DNA from: a virus
Lineage: Duplodnaviria > Caudoviricetes
DNA length: 64,000 nt
Strand: one strand, 5' to 3'
IMG/VR virus record: IMGVR_UViG_2903109678_000002
Coordinates: 10,656-74,655 of that record
This document shows, piece after piece, positions 10,333 to 20,203 of this stretch (position 1 is the first letter of the stretch; each line of letters begins with the position of its first letter). The position numbers and the translations under genes are program-made. Below the pieces are notes generated by a model. That model was given only the letters and a program-made list of their open reading frames with translations, was not told the DNA's origin and searched no databases.

Positions 10333-10793
10333 AGTTTGACTCCCAGCCATTCAATGCTGCGACAGGTAAACTCAAAGCTGTTGATCAGCGGCTGGCCCGA
10401 ATCGGCATCCAGCGCCCCGTATTGCATGCGCACCGGGAGTGCATCACTCGCCATCCAGATTGACTGCGGCTTGCCAGACTCCCCCAGCAGCATGATGGTA
10501 ATGTCGAAATAGGTGACCGAGGTCAGGAACTCGCTCAGGATCAACTGCACTCCCACGCTCATCGGTGTGGGGATCATCACCCCCCGATCAAACACCAGGT
10601 TTGAAGTGGTCGAGCGCTGCGGGAGTACCCGGTTGCTGGCGTTATGCCCGCCTTCGTGAATCGATCGGGTCTGTAGCTGGTAGCCGAGCCCCGTGATACT
10701 GGCAAACTTAAAGCTTAACGGGTCTGGTACTAAGCCCAGCAAGACAAAAGAGGCGAGAAAACGGTGATTCAGTTCAGGCTGATAGATGCTCAC
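10329..10793 (-). CDS. Afp5-like tail tube protein (T4 gp19 family)
   Basis: HRFLASF...FASITGLG...EGGHN...LVFDRG...DADSG; probable GTG start at 10793. Confidence 0.85.
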   Translation of the reverse strand: MSIYQPELNHRFLASFVLLGLVPDPLSFKFASITGLGYQLQTRSIHEGGHNASNRVLPQRSTTSNLVFDRGVMIPTPMSVGVQLILSEFLTSVTYFDITIMLLGESGKPQSIWMASDALPVRMQYGALDADSGQPLINSFEFTCRSIEWLGVKL

Positions 10794-10794
10794 G

Positions 10795-11991
10795 TTATCC
10801 TCCCGTGGCCGCGACATGCTCGGCAGTCAGATAGAAGTCGAGATTAATATGGATAAATTCGGCCGGTCTTTGGGTCGCCACCGCCACCCTGACGCGCAGC
10901 AAACCACTGGCGATTTCACTGGCTGACATGGTTTCATCCAGACCGACACTGATTTTATAGGCATCATCTTCTACGCCCCCGGCCAGCCCCCCTTGTTCCC
11001 ACAGCCTTTTAAGCTGTTGGCGCACCACGGCATGCAGCCGGTACCAGGTGATTTCATTGTTAGGTTCAAAGACATAAGGGCGCATAGCCTCTTTCAGCGT
11101 CTGTTTAATCCACTTGACCAACCGCTGATTTTGCAGATAGACAAAGCGCAGGTCAGGTTGATTACTCAACGTGCGGCAACCCCAAATTTTAACGCCGCGA
11201 CCGGGGAAACTGCGGATCTGATTCACCGAGCGGCCGCTGCGCGGATCAGGATGGAACAACGTGACGGGTGTGAGATGGTCATACTGGGGTTTGAGCACCC
11301 GCTCCAGCCGCAGGTTAGCGGGGGCGTACCAGATACCCCGCTGCTTATCAGACTGTTGCATTTTGGCCGCCACGGCCGCACCCGGAGGCACGGCCCGCAG
11401 CGCGCGCGTGGGAAAGGCCGGATCTTCGCTGACCATCACCCACGGCCAGTATCCCGCAAGGTGTGCCCAGTGTTCATTGCCCCATTTTGCGTTGTATTTT
11501 TCTGCGTCAGCAGGCGCACTCGGATAGTCAATTAAACCCGTCAGGTTCAGGCTCGAGGCGCAGCAGATGGCCAGTTGATTAACCACACTTTCCCACTGGT
11601 TCTCATCTAGCAGCGGGAGTTCTGGCAGCACCACCAGCGTAATGGTGGGCTCGTCTGCCAGCAGGGCAAAGGCTTCATCGTAGCCCGTAACAGAGGGGAC
11701 ATCGTCGATCAGTGTGCCGAGAGAAATCACATAGCACTGGCCGCCACCATGACTGAAGTAGAGGCGCATAGCGTCGGCGAGATAGCCACCGTTGCGCACA
11801 GCATCACGGCCAAACTGGTCATAATAGTCTTGCAGCGAAGTGACCTGTACCCGCTCAAGTACCGATGCTTCAGGATGGTCGGCATAACCAATAAACACCG
11901 GCAGCGCGGTGAGTTTTTCCCGCTGGCTGATGTTGATGATCTGTTGATGAAAAGAGACGCCGGGCTGACTGAAATCACTGTTCAAAGACAT
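10795..11991 (-). CDS. Tail sheath paralogue 5 (Afp4-like)
   Basis: RGIWYAPAN, NQIRSFPGRGVKIWGCRTL, VFEPNNEITW, RPAEFI. Confidence 0.92.
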   Translation of the reverse strand: MSLNSDFSQPGVSFHQQIINISQREKLTALPVFIGYADHPEASVLERVQVTSLQDYYDQFGRDAVRNGGYLADAMRLYFSHGGGQCYVISLGTLIDDVPSVTGYDEAFALLADEPTITLVVLPELPLLDENQWESVVNQLAICCASSLNLTGLIDYPSAPADAEKYNAKWGNEHWAHLAGYWPWVMVSEDPAFPTRALRAVPPGAAVAAKMQQSDKQRGIWYAPANLRLERVLKPQYDHLTPVTLFHPDPRSGRSVNQIRSFPGRGVKIWGCRTLSNQPDLRFVYLQNQRLVKWIKQTLKEAMRPYVFEPNNEITWYRLHAVVRQQLKRLWEQGGLAGGVEDDAYKISVGLDETMSASEIASGLLRVRVAVATQRPAEFIHINLDFYLTAEHVAATGG

Positions 11992-12056
11992 GGCTTAACC
12001 TCTTTACGTCTATTTTACGGAAGGTGGCAGGAGACGTGCCAACGCGTGGACGGCAC

Positions 12057-13331
12057 CTAAGCGGCCATAAGATCCTGCGAGAAGTCGAGCCAGAGAAACT
12101 CCACCGGACGCAGCGCCGCCAGCCCGATGCGGATGCGCAAAATGCCAAGGCTTAACTCACTGGACGTCAGCGCCAGTTCAACCTGGAAAGCCTGCTGTGG
12201 CGTTTCCCCATACAGCCCTCCCTGCTGCCACAGACGGTGCAGATACTGATTGATTGCTGCCCGCGCCGACTGCCAGGTGCCTGCTGAGTTGGGTTGATAC
12301 ACCACCGGCAGCAGCAGGTTACGGACATCGCGCTCAACGGTGTTAAACAGCAGCCGCACCGGGATGTAGCGCCAACTGCTGTCGCTACTGGTCGCCAGCG
12401 TGCGAGCGCCCATCACCGTCGTGCCACCTTGTTCCTGCCAGAGAATGGCATTAACGCCCCGTTCGTTGAGATCACCATGCTGAGCGTTACCAATGGCACG
12501 CTGCGGGTCAACGCCTTCCAGCGCAAGATTGGCGCTGGCCTGCCACACGCCCAGTTGGCGCTCGGTGCGACAGTAAAGCCCGGCAACAGGTGCACAGGGT
12601 GAGAGCGTGAAGGTGTTCAGGTGCTGGTAATCCACGGTGACGAGATTGAGCCACTGCTTGACCTTGCGATAGGTTTCCCGCTGTTTAGCCGTCCCCTGCG
12701 CCAGCGAGCTGAGGCTGCATGCAAGGTCACGGAGCCAGATATCCGACGCCTGAATACTGAGCGGTTGACGCGGCACCAGATCCGGCGTGTAGCAGGCACT
12801 CTGTGCCTGTTCGCCGTAACGCGGTGGATTCCCACTGCCAACCACATAGCGCAGCAGCAAAAACGACTGTGGTAGCCGTGAAGTTAAGCCACCAAGCTGC
12901 GTCAGAATAGCCTCATCATCATGGCCCACATCAATCAGCGCCATCAGCGAGATATCATCCCGCTGCGCGAGGATTTCGCTGAGGCGCGCAATCTCATCAC
13001 CCTGCGCCAGCGACAGGATGTAACAAGGGCCACCGCCGTTTTCGAAGTAGCTGCGCAAGGCAAATGCTGCGCTGTGAACGGCACTGCGTTCTGGCTGTAG
13101 GCTGTCTGGCAGTGAGTCGGTCTCGACTTCCACCCACACTTGCGCCCCCTGCAACAGCTGGCAGTAGTGCTGCCAGTTTTCAATCCACACCGGGCCATAG
13201 CTAAGGCTTAGTGGCGTGTTGTCCTGCTGACGAAAACGCCCCACCAGCAATGGCACCAGCTTGCTCATGCCGGGACTGGCCAGTGCCAGCCGGTTGTTCT
13301 CTTTAATAAATACGCCGGGATAATTGCTCAT
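12057..13331 (-). CDS. Tail sheath paralogue 4
   Basis: YPGVFIKE, YFENGGGPCYI, GVWQASAN, WRYIPVRLLF, RPVEFL. Confidence 0.9.
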   Translation of the reverse strand: MSNYPGVFIKENNRLALASPGMSKLVPLLVGRFRQQDNTPLSLSYGPVWIENWQHYCQLLQGAQVWVEVETDSLPDSLQPERSAVHSAAFALRSYFENGGGPCYILSLAQGDEIARLSEILAQRDDISLMALIDVGHDDEAILTQLGGLTSRLPQSFLLLRYVVGSGNPPRYGEQAQSACYTPDLVPRQPLSIQASDIWLRDLACSLSSLAQGTAKQRETYRKVKQWLNLVTVDYQHLNTFTLSPCAPVAGLYCRTERQLGVWQASANLALEGVDPQRAIGNAQHGDLNERGVNAILWQEQGGTTVMGARTLATSSDSSWRYIPVRLLFNTVERDVRNLLLPVVYQPNSAGTWQSARAAINQYLHRLWQQGGLYGETPQQAFQVELALTSSELSLGILRIRIGLAALRPVEFLWLDFSQDLMAA

Positions 13332-13402
13332 CCTCTTCTCCTGGGAATCCATCGGGCCGCAGGGCGGCTGACGGCGAAGGGTTCAGGTGGTTAGGTATAG
13401 AT

Positions 13403-14800
13403 TCAGGCGAGAACCTGTAGCTGTTGGGTAAATTCCAGTTCGATAAATTCTGCGGGCCTGAGCGGCGCCAGGGCGACACGAATGCGCATTACCCCTTGTG
13501 CCTCGTCATCCTCATCCAGCGCAACCTGCACCTGGAAGGCCTGCTCCGGGGTCAGCCCTTGTAATCCACCCCGTTTCCACAGCAGGTAGAGGTATTGGCG
13601 GATGCCCGCCGTGGCCGCTTGCCAGCTGCGTGCGCCGTTGGGTTCGAACACCTGCGGTTGGATTATCGCCTGTAGATCTCGCTGCACCGCGTTAAACAGC
13701 AGGCGTACCGAGACGAAGCGCCCGTTGAGGTCTTGCGTGTCTGCGGTGCGCGCCCCGGCGATCACCGTGCCAGTGCGAGGCGACCACAGCAGCGGGTTAA
13801 AGCCTGCCTGAGTGAGCTCCGCCTGCTGCGACAGAGTGAGATTATGGGTCGGCGCGGGGCCAGCGAGTTGAATGTTGGCCGGTGCTTTCCAGATGCCGCG
13901 TTCGCGTTCAGTTTTGCAGAAAACACCGGCGACACCACCGGAAGGGGCCAGGGTAATAGCCCGTAGAATGCTGTCATCGAACTGGTCAGTGTTACGCCTG
14001 GCGGTGACATTGGCATATTGCTCTCTTTGCCTTTCATCATCGCTGACTTTAAGTTGTGCAAGGGTTTTACCGGTGCCCGCGAGCAGGGTGCTCTCTTCTT
14101 CCAGTTCACCGCCCGGCGAAGAAAACTTCAGTGCAGGTGTGTAAGTTGCAACCTGGCGGTTATCCGGCAGCGGTTGCGGAGGTACAGCGCCAGGGTACGG
14201 CTGATGGGTAATCAGCATGGCTTGTGGGTTAATTTCCTGCAACAGCGGAAAGGCAGTTTGCATGGCCACTTTGGCCTGGTCATCCAGGGCTACGTACAGG
14301 GTAATGTCATTATATTCTTGCAAAGAACCCGCGATTTTTCCCCCTTGCTGCTCGCTTTCGCAGTGCATGACATAGCAAGGGCTGCCACCATTATCAAAAT
14401 AACATTTGACCCCAGCAGCACCCGTAGCGATGTCTGATGATTTAAGCACCACAATGTGATTATTTTCAGGTACTGGCACTGCACCGAATGTCACATCGTC
14501 TTCCATTGCGGAGAGGGATGTTTGCAGCGGCGATTCATCGCCTTGTTTTCTGTCTCCCCCCTTTTCAACAATCGGTTCTCCCCAACCATTCGCTAAAACA
14601 ACGGTACGGGCATAAGGCGCGAATCTGGCCAGAAAAGCCTGATAACTGTCAATCCACAGCGGTGCATTAACATGCTCGTCAGGATCGCCGCTGCAGCTCA
14701 GAAAACACCCCAACAACAGCGGCACATGGCCACTCGCGGCTGCCGCTCCCCGGCTGGGTGAATCCACTTCAGTAATACGCACACCAGGAATGTTACTCAT
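13403..14800 (-). CDS. Tail sheath paralogue 3
   Basis: IPGVRITE, YFDNGGSPCY, RGIWKAPAN, VFEPN, RPAEFIELEF. Confidence 0.9.
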   Translation of the reverse strand: MSNIPGVRITEVDSPSRGAAAASGHVPLLLGCFLSCSGDPDEHVNAPLWIDSYQAFLARFAPYARTVVLANGWGEPIVEKGGDRKQGDESPLQTSLSAMEDDVTFGAVPVPENNHIVVLKSSDIATGAAGVKCYFDNGGSPCYVMHCESEQQGGKIAGSLQEYNDITLYVALDDQAKVAMQTAFPLLQEINPQAMLITHQPYPGAVPPQPLPDNRQVATYTPALKFSSPGGELEEESTLLAGTGKTLAQLKVSDDERQREQYANVTARRNTDQFDDSILRAITLAPSGGVAGVFCKTERERGIWKAPANIQLAGPAPTHNLTLSQQAELTQAGFNPLLWSPRTGTVIAGARTADTQDLNGRFVSVRLLFNAVQRDLQAIIQPQVFEPNGARSWQAATAGIRQYLYLLWKRGGLQGLTPEQAFQVQVALDEDDEAQGVMRIRVALAPLRPAEFIELEFTQQLQVLA

Positions 14801-14946
14801 AACAGCTCCTCATCATGATGGCGTATCACCCACCGTAACCGGACGGTGCGATTAGCCACGGGCAAAATAAGTGTGATACGGCGAGAAAAGGGAAAAAGGG
14901 GCGGTGAAGCATGAGCAGCCAGTGAACACCGCCCAAAACAGCGTGA

Positions 14947-16350
14947 TTACGCGGCGGCTAACAGTTCCTGAGTAAACTCCAGGTCGATAAACTCCACCGG
15001 GCGCAACGCAGCAAGGCTGACGCGTACGCGCAGGATGCCGTTGTCGATATCCCCGTCTTGCAGCGCAATCTGCACCCGATAGGCCTCTTCTGGCGAGTTG
15101 CCAAACAGCCCACCGCGTTTCCAGATACCGTGCAGATAGTTACTGATACCCGCCACTACCGCTTGCCAGGTAGGTGCTGAGTTCGGCTGGAAGATAATCG
15201 GTGCCAGCATTGCGCTGACATCACGTTCCACGGTGTTAAATAACAGGCGTACCGGGACGTAGCGCCAGTTAGTAATGTTGGGATCTGCGGAGGTGCGCGC
15301 CCCCATGATTGAAGTGCCCTTCTGCGGCGACCACAAAATGGCATTGACCCCAGCCTCGTTCAAAACACCGTGTTCCTGGGCACTAATAGTGTGTACTGGC
15401 GTTACCCCCACCAGAGAAACGTTCGCAGGTGCTTTCCACACCCCACGGTTGCGCTCGCTGGTGCAATACGCGCCCGCCACAGCGGCAACTGGCGAGAGAG
15501 TTAGCGAACTCACCGCTGAGAAATCCAGTGGCGCGAGTGCCAGATTGTCTTTTACCGTTTTGTAAACGGCTTTATCTCGCTGAGCGGAAAGCAGCGCATT
15601 ACCCAGGAAAATACCGTTTTCATTCACCACGTTGAAATTACTCTCCAGCTTCAGCTCTGGGGTGTAACTGGCAGAAAATTCATTTTTAGGCATGACCGGG
15701 CCGGCTGGTGGCGTACTGCCGGTAAACGCTGCATGGGCAATAAACAGGGATTGTGGATTATGCTCTTGAATCGCGGCAATACTGCCTTTAACCAGCTCTT
15801 GCGCACTGGCATTCAAAGGCACATACAACGAGACTTCATCCAACTCTGCCGTGGCTTTTTCTAAATCGTCTTTTGCATCAGAAGCGCTTAAAGCGAGGAG
15901 ATAGCAAGCGCCGCCCCCGTTCGAAAAATAGCTGGCCACTGCTGCCGAGGAATTGTCATACAAATATGAACTGCTGATTTTTGTTGGCTGGCCGCTGGTA
16001 AAAGGTACCTCCGTGGCCGCAGCCACGCTATCAGCCTCTTTTGTCGCTTTTTTACTTTTTTTAGCTTCTACGCCTCCTGCCTCTTCGCCGCTTTCTTCAT
16101 CACCGCCTTCCGGAAGGGGGGCCGCCTGGCCCCATGCCGGCGCCAGTTTAATAATCAGCGGGGCCGCAACGAATTTTTCAGCAAACTCCGCATAGTTAGC
16201 CACATAGACTGCGCCATCTGCCGCATTGGCTTGCGTTCCGTCCTTTTTCCAAAAGGCTCCCACCAAAAGCGGCACCAGGCCGCTCATGCCCGCAGCACCC
16301 ACCGAAGGGGTACTGCTTTCAATAATTTTCACTCCAGGATTTCTACTCAT
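14947..16350 (-). CDS. Tail sheath paralogue 2 (Afp3-like)
   Basis: NPGVKIIE, YFSNGGGACY, RGVWKAPAN, WRYVPVRLLF, RPVEFI. Confidence 0.92.
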   Translation of the reverse strand: MSRNPGVKIIESSTPSVGAAGMSGLVPLLVGAFWKKDGTQANAADGAVYVANYAEFAEKFVAAPLIIKLAPAWGQAAPLPEGGDEESGEEAGGVEAKKSKKATKEADSVAAATEVPFTSGQPTKISSSYLYDNSSAAVASYFSNGGGACYLLALSASDAKDDLEKATAELDEVSLYVPLNASAQELVKGSIAAIQEHNPQSLFIAHAAFTGSTPPAGPVMPKNEFSASYTPELKLESNFNVVNENGIFLGNALLSAQRDKAVYKTVKDNLALAPLDFSAVSSLTLSPVAAVAGAYCTSERNRGVWKAPANVSLVGVTPVHTISAQEHGVLNEAGVNAILWSPQKGTSIMGARTSADPNITNWRYVPVRLLFNTVERDVSAMLAPIIFQPNSAPTWQAVVAGISNYLHGIWKRGGLFGNSPEEAYRVQIALQDGDIDNGILRVRVSLAALRPVEFIDLEFTQELLAAA

Positions 16351-16377
16351 GATCGATCCTCATGAAAAGGCGCGTGA

Positions 16378-17646
16378 TCACGCGCCACTGGCAACTTGTT
16401 GGCTAAACTCCAGCACGATAAATTCCGCCGGGCGCACCACCGCAATACCGATACGCGCTTTGAGGATTCCGTTATCAATGTCGGCCTGAGTCATGGTGAC
16501 TCCCAGTCCCACCTGAATAAAGAAGGCCTCTTCCGGCGTATTCCCCTGTAACGCGCCTTTTTTCCACAGGTTGTAGAGGTAGTTCTCTACGGCGGCACGC
16601 ACCGCCTCCCAGGTTGCCTGGCCGTTGGGCTCAAACAGCACCGATTCCAGCGCCCGGCCAATATCGCGTTCTGCCATATCAAAGGTACGGCGCACCGGGA
16701 CATATCCCCAGGCATTGCCGCCAGTGGTCAGCGTGCGAGCGCCCCATAGCAGCAGACCACGCCCTTTGAATTCGCGCAGAATATTGACGGATTTGGTGGT
16801 GTGGTTTCCGCTGGTAAACAGGGCTTGCGTGGCTGACCCCACTTTAACCAGTGGGCTTAAACCCGAAGAGACAGCAGCATTTGCCGGTGCTTTCCATGGG
16901 CCTACGCTATTGTCAGTGCGACAGATGATGCCCGCTGCGACAGCACTCGGCGCAACATTAGCAATCTCGGTCACCCCCGGAATGCTCCAGTTGGCTTTCA
17001 GCCATGGATAATAAACTGCAGCATGCTCTGTGGCCTGGATACCGCCGAGCGCAGTTTCAAGCTCACCTTTAACATCCCCTTTTGACTCCTCCGGCCCGTC
17101 CAGTAGAGCAAAACGCCCACTGCCTTCCGCGGTGTACTTCAGGATGTCAGATGTTACTGTGCTCTGACCCGCCTGCACCACCAGGGTGACATCGGGCAAT
17201 TTGTCCAGCCATTCGAGCTTATCTCTGGGCAGCAGATAGCAATAACCGCCACCATTATCAAAATACGCTTTAAGGGCGGGTAAAGTGTGTCGATCCCAGT
17301 CCGGCACATCTGCCGTTTTGGTATTCACACCCATGGCATCGGCAAGACGAGGATGATGCGCCGGCCCGCCACGAGAAAGGCGTGAAAGCAGACTAACAAC
17401 GGCACGCGGCGAGTAGTAGGCCACGCTTTCCGATTTACTCCCGCTGGCGGAGAAATAACTGAGTACATCCGCAAACGAATTGATCAAAGCGGGTTTTTCG
17501 CCCAACGCCTTCCACCAATCCAAAGAGCCCGAATTGCCGTCCAGAATCACCGGTACTGCTGTCGCCGAGCTGCTGATGCTGAATGAGGGCAAATCCACCT
17601 CATCCACATACACGCCCGGCGCTTTTGGTAAAGTAAATACAGCCAT
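16378..17646 (-). CDS. Tail sheath paralogue 1 (Afp2-like)
   Basis: APGVYVDE, YFDNGGGYCY, WKAPAN, WGARTL, QVGLGVTMTQADI, RPAEFIVLEFSQ. Confidence 0.93.
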   Translation of the reverse strand: MAVFTLPKAPGVYVDEVDLPSFSISSSATAVPVILDGNSGSLDWWKALGEKPALINSFADVLSYFSASGSKSESVAYYSPRAVVSLLSRLSRGGPAHHPRLADAMGVNTKTADVPDWDRHTLPALKAYFDNGGGYCYLLPRDKLEWLDKLPDVTLVVQAGQSTVTSDILKYTAEGSGRFALLDGPEESKGDVKGELETALGGIQATEHAAVYYPWLKANWSIPGVTEIANVAPSAVAAGIICRTDNSVGPWKAPANAAVSSGLSPLVKVGSATQALFTSGNHTTKSVNILREFKGRGLLLWGARTLTTGGNAWGYVPVRRTFDMAERDIGRALESVLFEPNGQATWEAVRAAVENYLYNLWKKGALQGNTPEEAFFIQVGLGVTMTQADIDNGILKARIGIAVVRPAEFIVLEFSQQVASGA

Positions 17647-17673
17647 ATAACCTCCAGAAGGTTAAGCAGTACA

Positions 17674-18129
17674 TTACAGGGCGTGGCATTCCACGGTCAG
17701 ACGATCGGCATTCAGGGTGATCTGCTTCGCCGCCACTTCATTGCTGGAAGCTTCGAGGCTTGGCCCGGTAATTCCGGTTGGGAAGCAGTTGAATACGTTC
17801 CAGGTGACATAGAGCTTTTTGCCCGATTCATCCGTCAGACTGATGGCGATATCTTTTTTGCCATCTGCGTGGTTGGCATAGTTATACAGCCACTCATACA
17901 GCTTGCACTCACCTGGGAAGATCGCCTGAGAAAGGGTGATAGAAGGTAACTGAACGCGCGTGATGTTGCGGAACAGGCCGCCCATACCATCGCGGTATTC
18001 ATAACTTTCATACTGCTGGTCGAGGCCGCTTACTGAACTACAGCGGATCACATCACCGTCAATGGTTACAGTGAAGCGAAAACCGGGAACCGGATAACTT
18101 GCATCAATGATATCAGTGGTATCTGCCAT
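17674..18129 (-). CDS. Afp1/Pvc1-like major tail tube protein
   Basis: YPVPGFRFTVTI...SVSGLD...YRDGMG...KKDIAISLTDE...VTWNV.NCFPT..GPSLEASSNEVA. Confidence 0.93.
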   Translation of the reverse strand: MADTTDIIDASYPVPGFRFTVTIDGDVIRCSSVSGLDQQYESYEYRDGMGGLFRNITRVQLPSITLSQAIFPGECKLYEWLYNYANHADGKKDIAISLTDESGKKLYVTWNVFNCFPTGITGPSLEASSNEVAAKQITLNADRLTVECHAL

Positions 18130-18203
18130 GGTTATTTCTCACTTTGCAGGTTTGAACGTATCCGCTGCCCGCAGGCAGTCAGGATGGATGAACAACATTG
18201 ATT

Positions 18204-19580
18204 TCAGGAGGTCCCGGTGGCTGACCTCAGAGGAACTAATTGCGTCAGGTTATTGTTAGAAGCGAATCTGGAATCTTGTGCGATCACAGAATCGGGGTGA
18301 ATCCCTGGTAGTGGCGCCATCACGCCGAGCACCTGCTCAACGCTAATAAACTTCGAGCAGGAAAACTGTTCACTGGTGCCCTTGTGACGTGGACACCAGA
18401 AAAAATCCTTTCGATCAAATTGATAGCGAGTGTCATTCCAGCAGCTATTGCAGACGTGGGTGTTAGTCACCCGATAGGGCGTGGCGAACTCGGTCGCTGG
18501 ATTGCTAAATCCGCTGATCATCACCACCGGTGTGCCTGCGGTCCAGGCCAGCCAGGAGAGCCCGCTACTGAGGCCGACAAAAAATTCCGCGTGCATCAAC
18601 CACCGCAGACGCTCGCTCAAGGGGCGATTGCCGGTTTCGTCTTCAGCGCCATGGGGAATGTGATTCCAGGTCAGATCGCGTCCTACTGTGGTCTCTTTGT
18701 CGATGCAGATCACCCGATAACCGCGTTCTTTAAGCTCCCGCACCAGTTGTATCCAGCCAACGGGATTGTTCCAGAATTTACACTGCGAGGTAGACTGAAC
18801 GCCGATACAGACGTAAGGCTCCGCAATGGGGCGACGGTTTTCAGCCAGCCTGAACTGTGCGGGGTTTTCATCTGGGGCAAGGCCAAGAATGGCGCTGGCG
18901 ATATGGTGTAGTGGCGTTTGTTGACCGTCAACCGGGCAGTATTCCCCCTGCGTATCCCCTATACCTGCATTCAGGAAGTAGGTGGCGTAATAGGTGGTTT
19001 CATCCGGTTCATACGGATCAATAAAGCGAATTTGCGGATAGCTGCTGGCAAAAACATCGTGGAAGCGTGCCGAGACACGGACCGTGAGACGGCACTGATG
19101 GCGTACCTGAAAACGCATCACTGAGGGCAGCCAGGCGAGGGTATCCCCCAGGGTATCTTCGGGGATTTGTATCAGCACCGGTTGCTGATACAAATCCATG
19201 ACGTGCAACATGACAATCTCATTGTCTTTCTGCACCTGAAAGGCAAACGGCACGTAATACTTGTGTTTACTCTCAACCATCCCTCCTGACACCGCAGTAT
19301 CACCAAACACGTGATAGTTCTGGATATCCACTACGCGTACGCGCCAGTTGCCTTCGGGTAGGTGAATGCGACAACCATGATTAAAGTCAAACAAAATGCC
19401 TGTGCCCTCTGCCCCCTGCTGGGTCGGCAGCTCGGGAACGGGGGCATAAGGCGACTTTTTAAAATCAGAATCAGAAGCCACGGCGTACGACGACTCTGGT
19501 ACAGAATCTTCTACGTGTTCGGGTTGTGGACGACTTTCAGGCGATGGAAATGCAGCGTTATTAGGCGTAAAAAAACTCAT
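18204..19580 (-). CDS. TibC/Aah-family (BAHT) protein O-heptosyltransferase
   Basis: GILFDFNHGCRI, SKHKYYVPF, TLGDTLAW (catalytic Asp context), QSTSQCKFWNNP, FFVGLSSGLSWLAW, iron-finger cysteines CNSCWND...WCPRH...FSC. Confidence 0.92.
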   Translation of the reverse strand: MSFFTPNNAAFPSPESRPQPEHVEDSVPESSYAVASDSDFKKSPYAPVPELPTQQGAEGTGILFDFNHGCRIHLPEGNWRVRVVDIQNYHVFGDTAVSGGMVESKHKYYVPFAFQVQKDNEIVMLHVMDLYQQPVLIQIPEDTLGDTLAWLPSVMRFQVRHQCRLTVRVSARFHDVFASSYPQIRFIDPYEPDETTYYATYFLNAGIGDTQGEYCPVDGQQTPLHHIASAILGLAPDENPAQFRLAENRRPIAEPYVCIGVQSTSQCKFWNNPVGWIQLVRELKERGYRVICIDKETTVGRDLTWNHIPHGAEDETGNRPLSERLRWLMHAEFFVGLSSGLSWLAWTAGTPVVMISGFSNPATEFATPYRVTNTHVCNSCWNDTRYQFDRKDFFWCPRHKGTSEQFSCSKFISVEQVLGVMAPLPGIHPDSVIAQDSRFASNNNLTQLVPLRSATGTS

Positions 19581-19665
19581 ATTTCACCTTTATTTTTAAA
19601 TAGGGCAGGTTATTTTTTCTGCTTATTGAGTTTTTATTTGCAGATTTATAAAAAAGTGTTTTAGG

Positions 19666-19677
19666 CAGACTACCGTC
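19666..19677 (-). promoter_or_regulatory. ops-like element (RfaH-family antiterminator recruitment)
   Basis: Minus strand GACGGTAGTCTG versus consensus GGCGGTAGnnTG (one mismatch), 85 nt upstream of the first gene of a >19-kb operon. Confidence 0.65.
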
Positions 19678-20043
19678 CTCAGACATTCAAGCTGATTTTT
19701 GGTAATTTTTTTCTTGCAATAAAGGGCATTCCTGGCGAGTGCCAGATATAACCAGTTGAGTCGATCATGTGTTCCGCGAGGTGTTGCGGTCAGAGATAAT
19801 ATTAACCAGGTTTCTTAATTCAGCAAGCAGGTAAGACAATAAATAGGACAAACAAACACAACCATATGATTTTTAATCAAAAAAATAATTTATCGCTAGT
19901 TGAAAAATGTGACAGAGGCGTCAATTACAATAAAATCATGGTAAAGCAAGGGGTTGGCATGACCTATAGTTACTGTCTCAATAGCCGTTTTATCCATATA
20001 TTTTAAAAAAAACCTTAATAATCAACACTCATAAATCCTCGAT

Positions 20044-20057
20044 TAGGATAAAACTCA
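20044..20057 (-). promoter_or_regulatory. RcsAB/RcsB-like box
   Basis: Minus strand TGAGTTTTATCCTA versus TaAGaatatTCctA. Confidence 0.4.
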
Positions 20058-20189
20058 TTCAATTAATGCCATTTTATCCATAGCGCTGGATCACGGTAAG
20101 CTCGGGAACATGACAATCATATGGGGGAATATTCAGGGCTTATTTCAATATGATTAAAATCACATGACTGAACCGACATGGATTAAAAA

Positions 20190-20203
20190 TAGGATTAGTC
20201 TTA
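20190..20203 (-). promoter_or_regulatory. RcsAB/RcsB-like box
   Basis: Minus strand TAAGACTAATCCTA, 12/14 to TAAGAATATTCCTA with all core positions kept. Confidence 0.55.

Noticed and set aside
996-18129. Type VI secretion system, or contractile tail of the prophage
   Set aside because: No TssJLM, ClpV or TssBC-type genes; order matches Afp1-12; it lies outside att, and the prophage has its own non-contractile tail.
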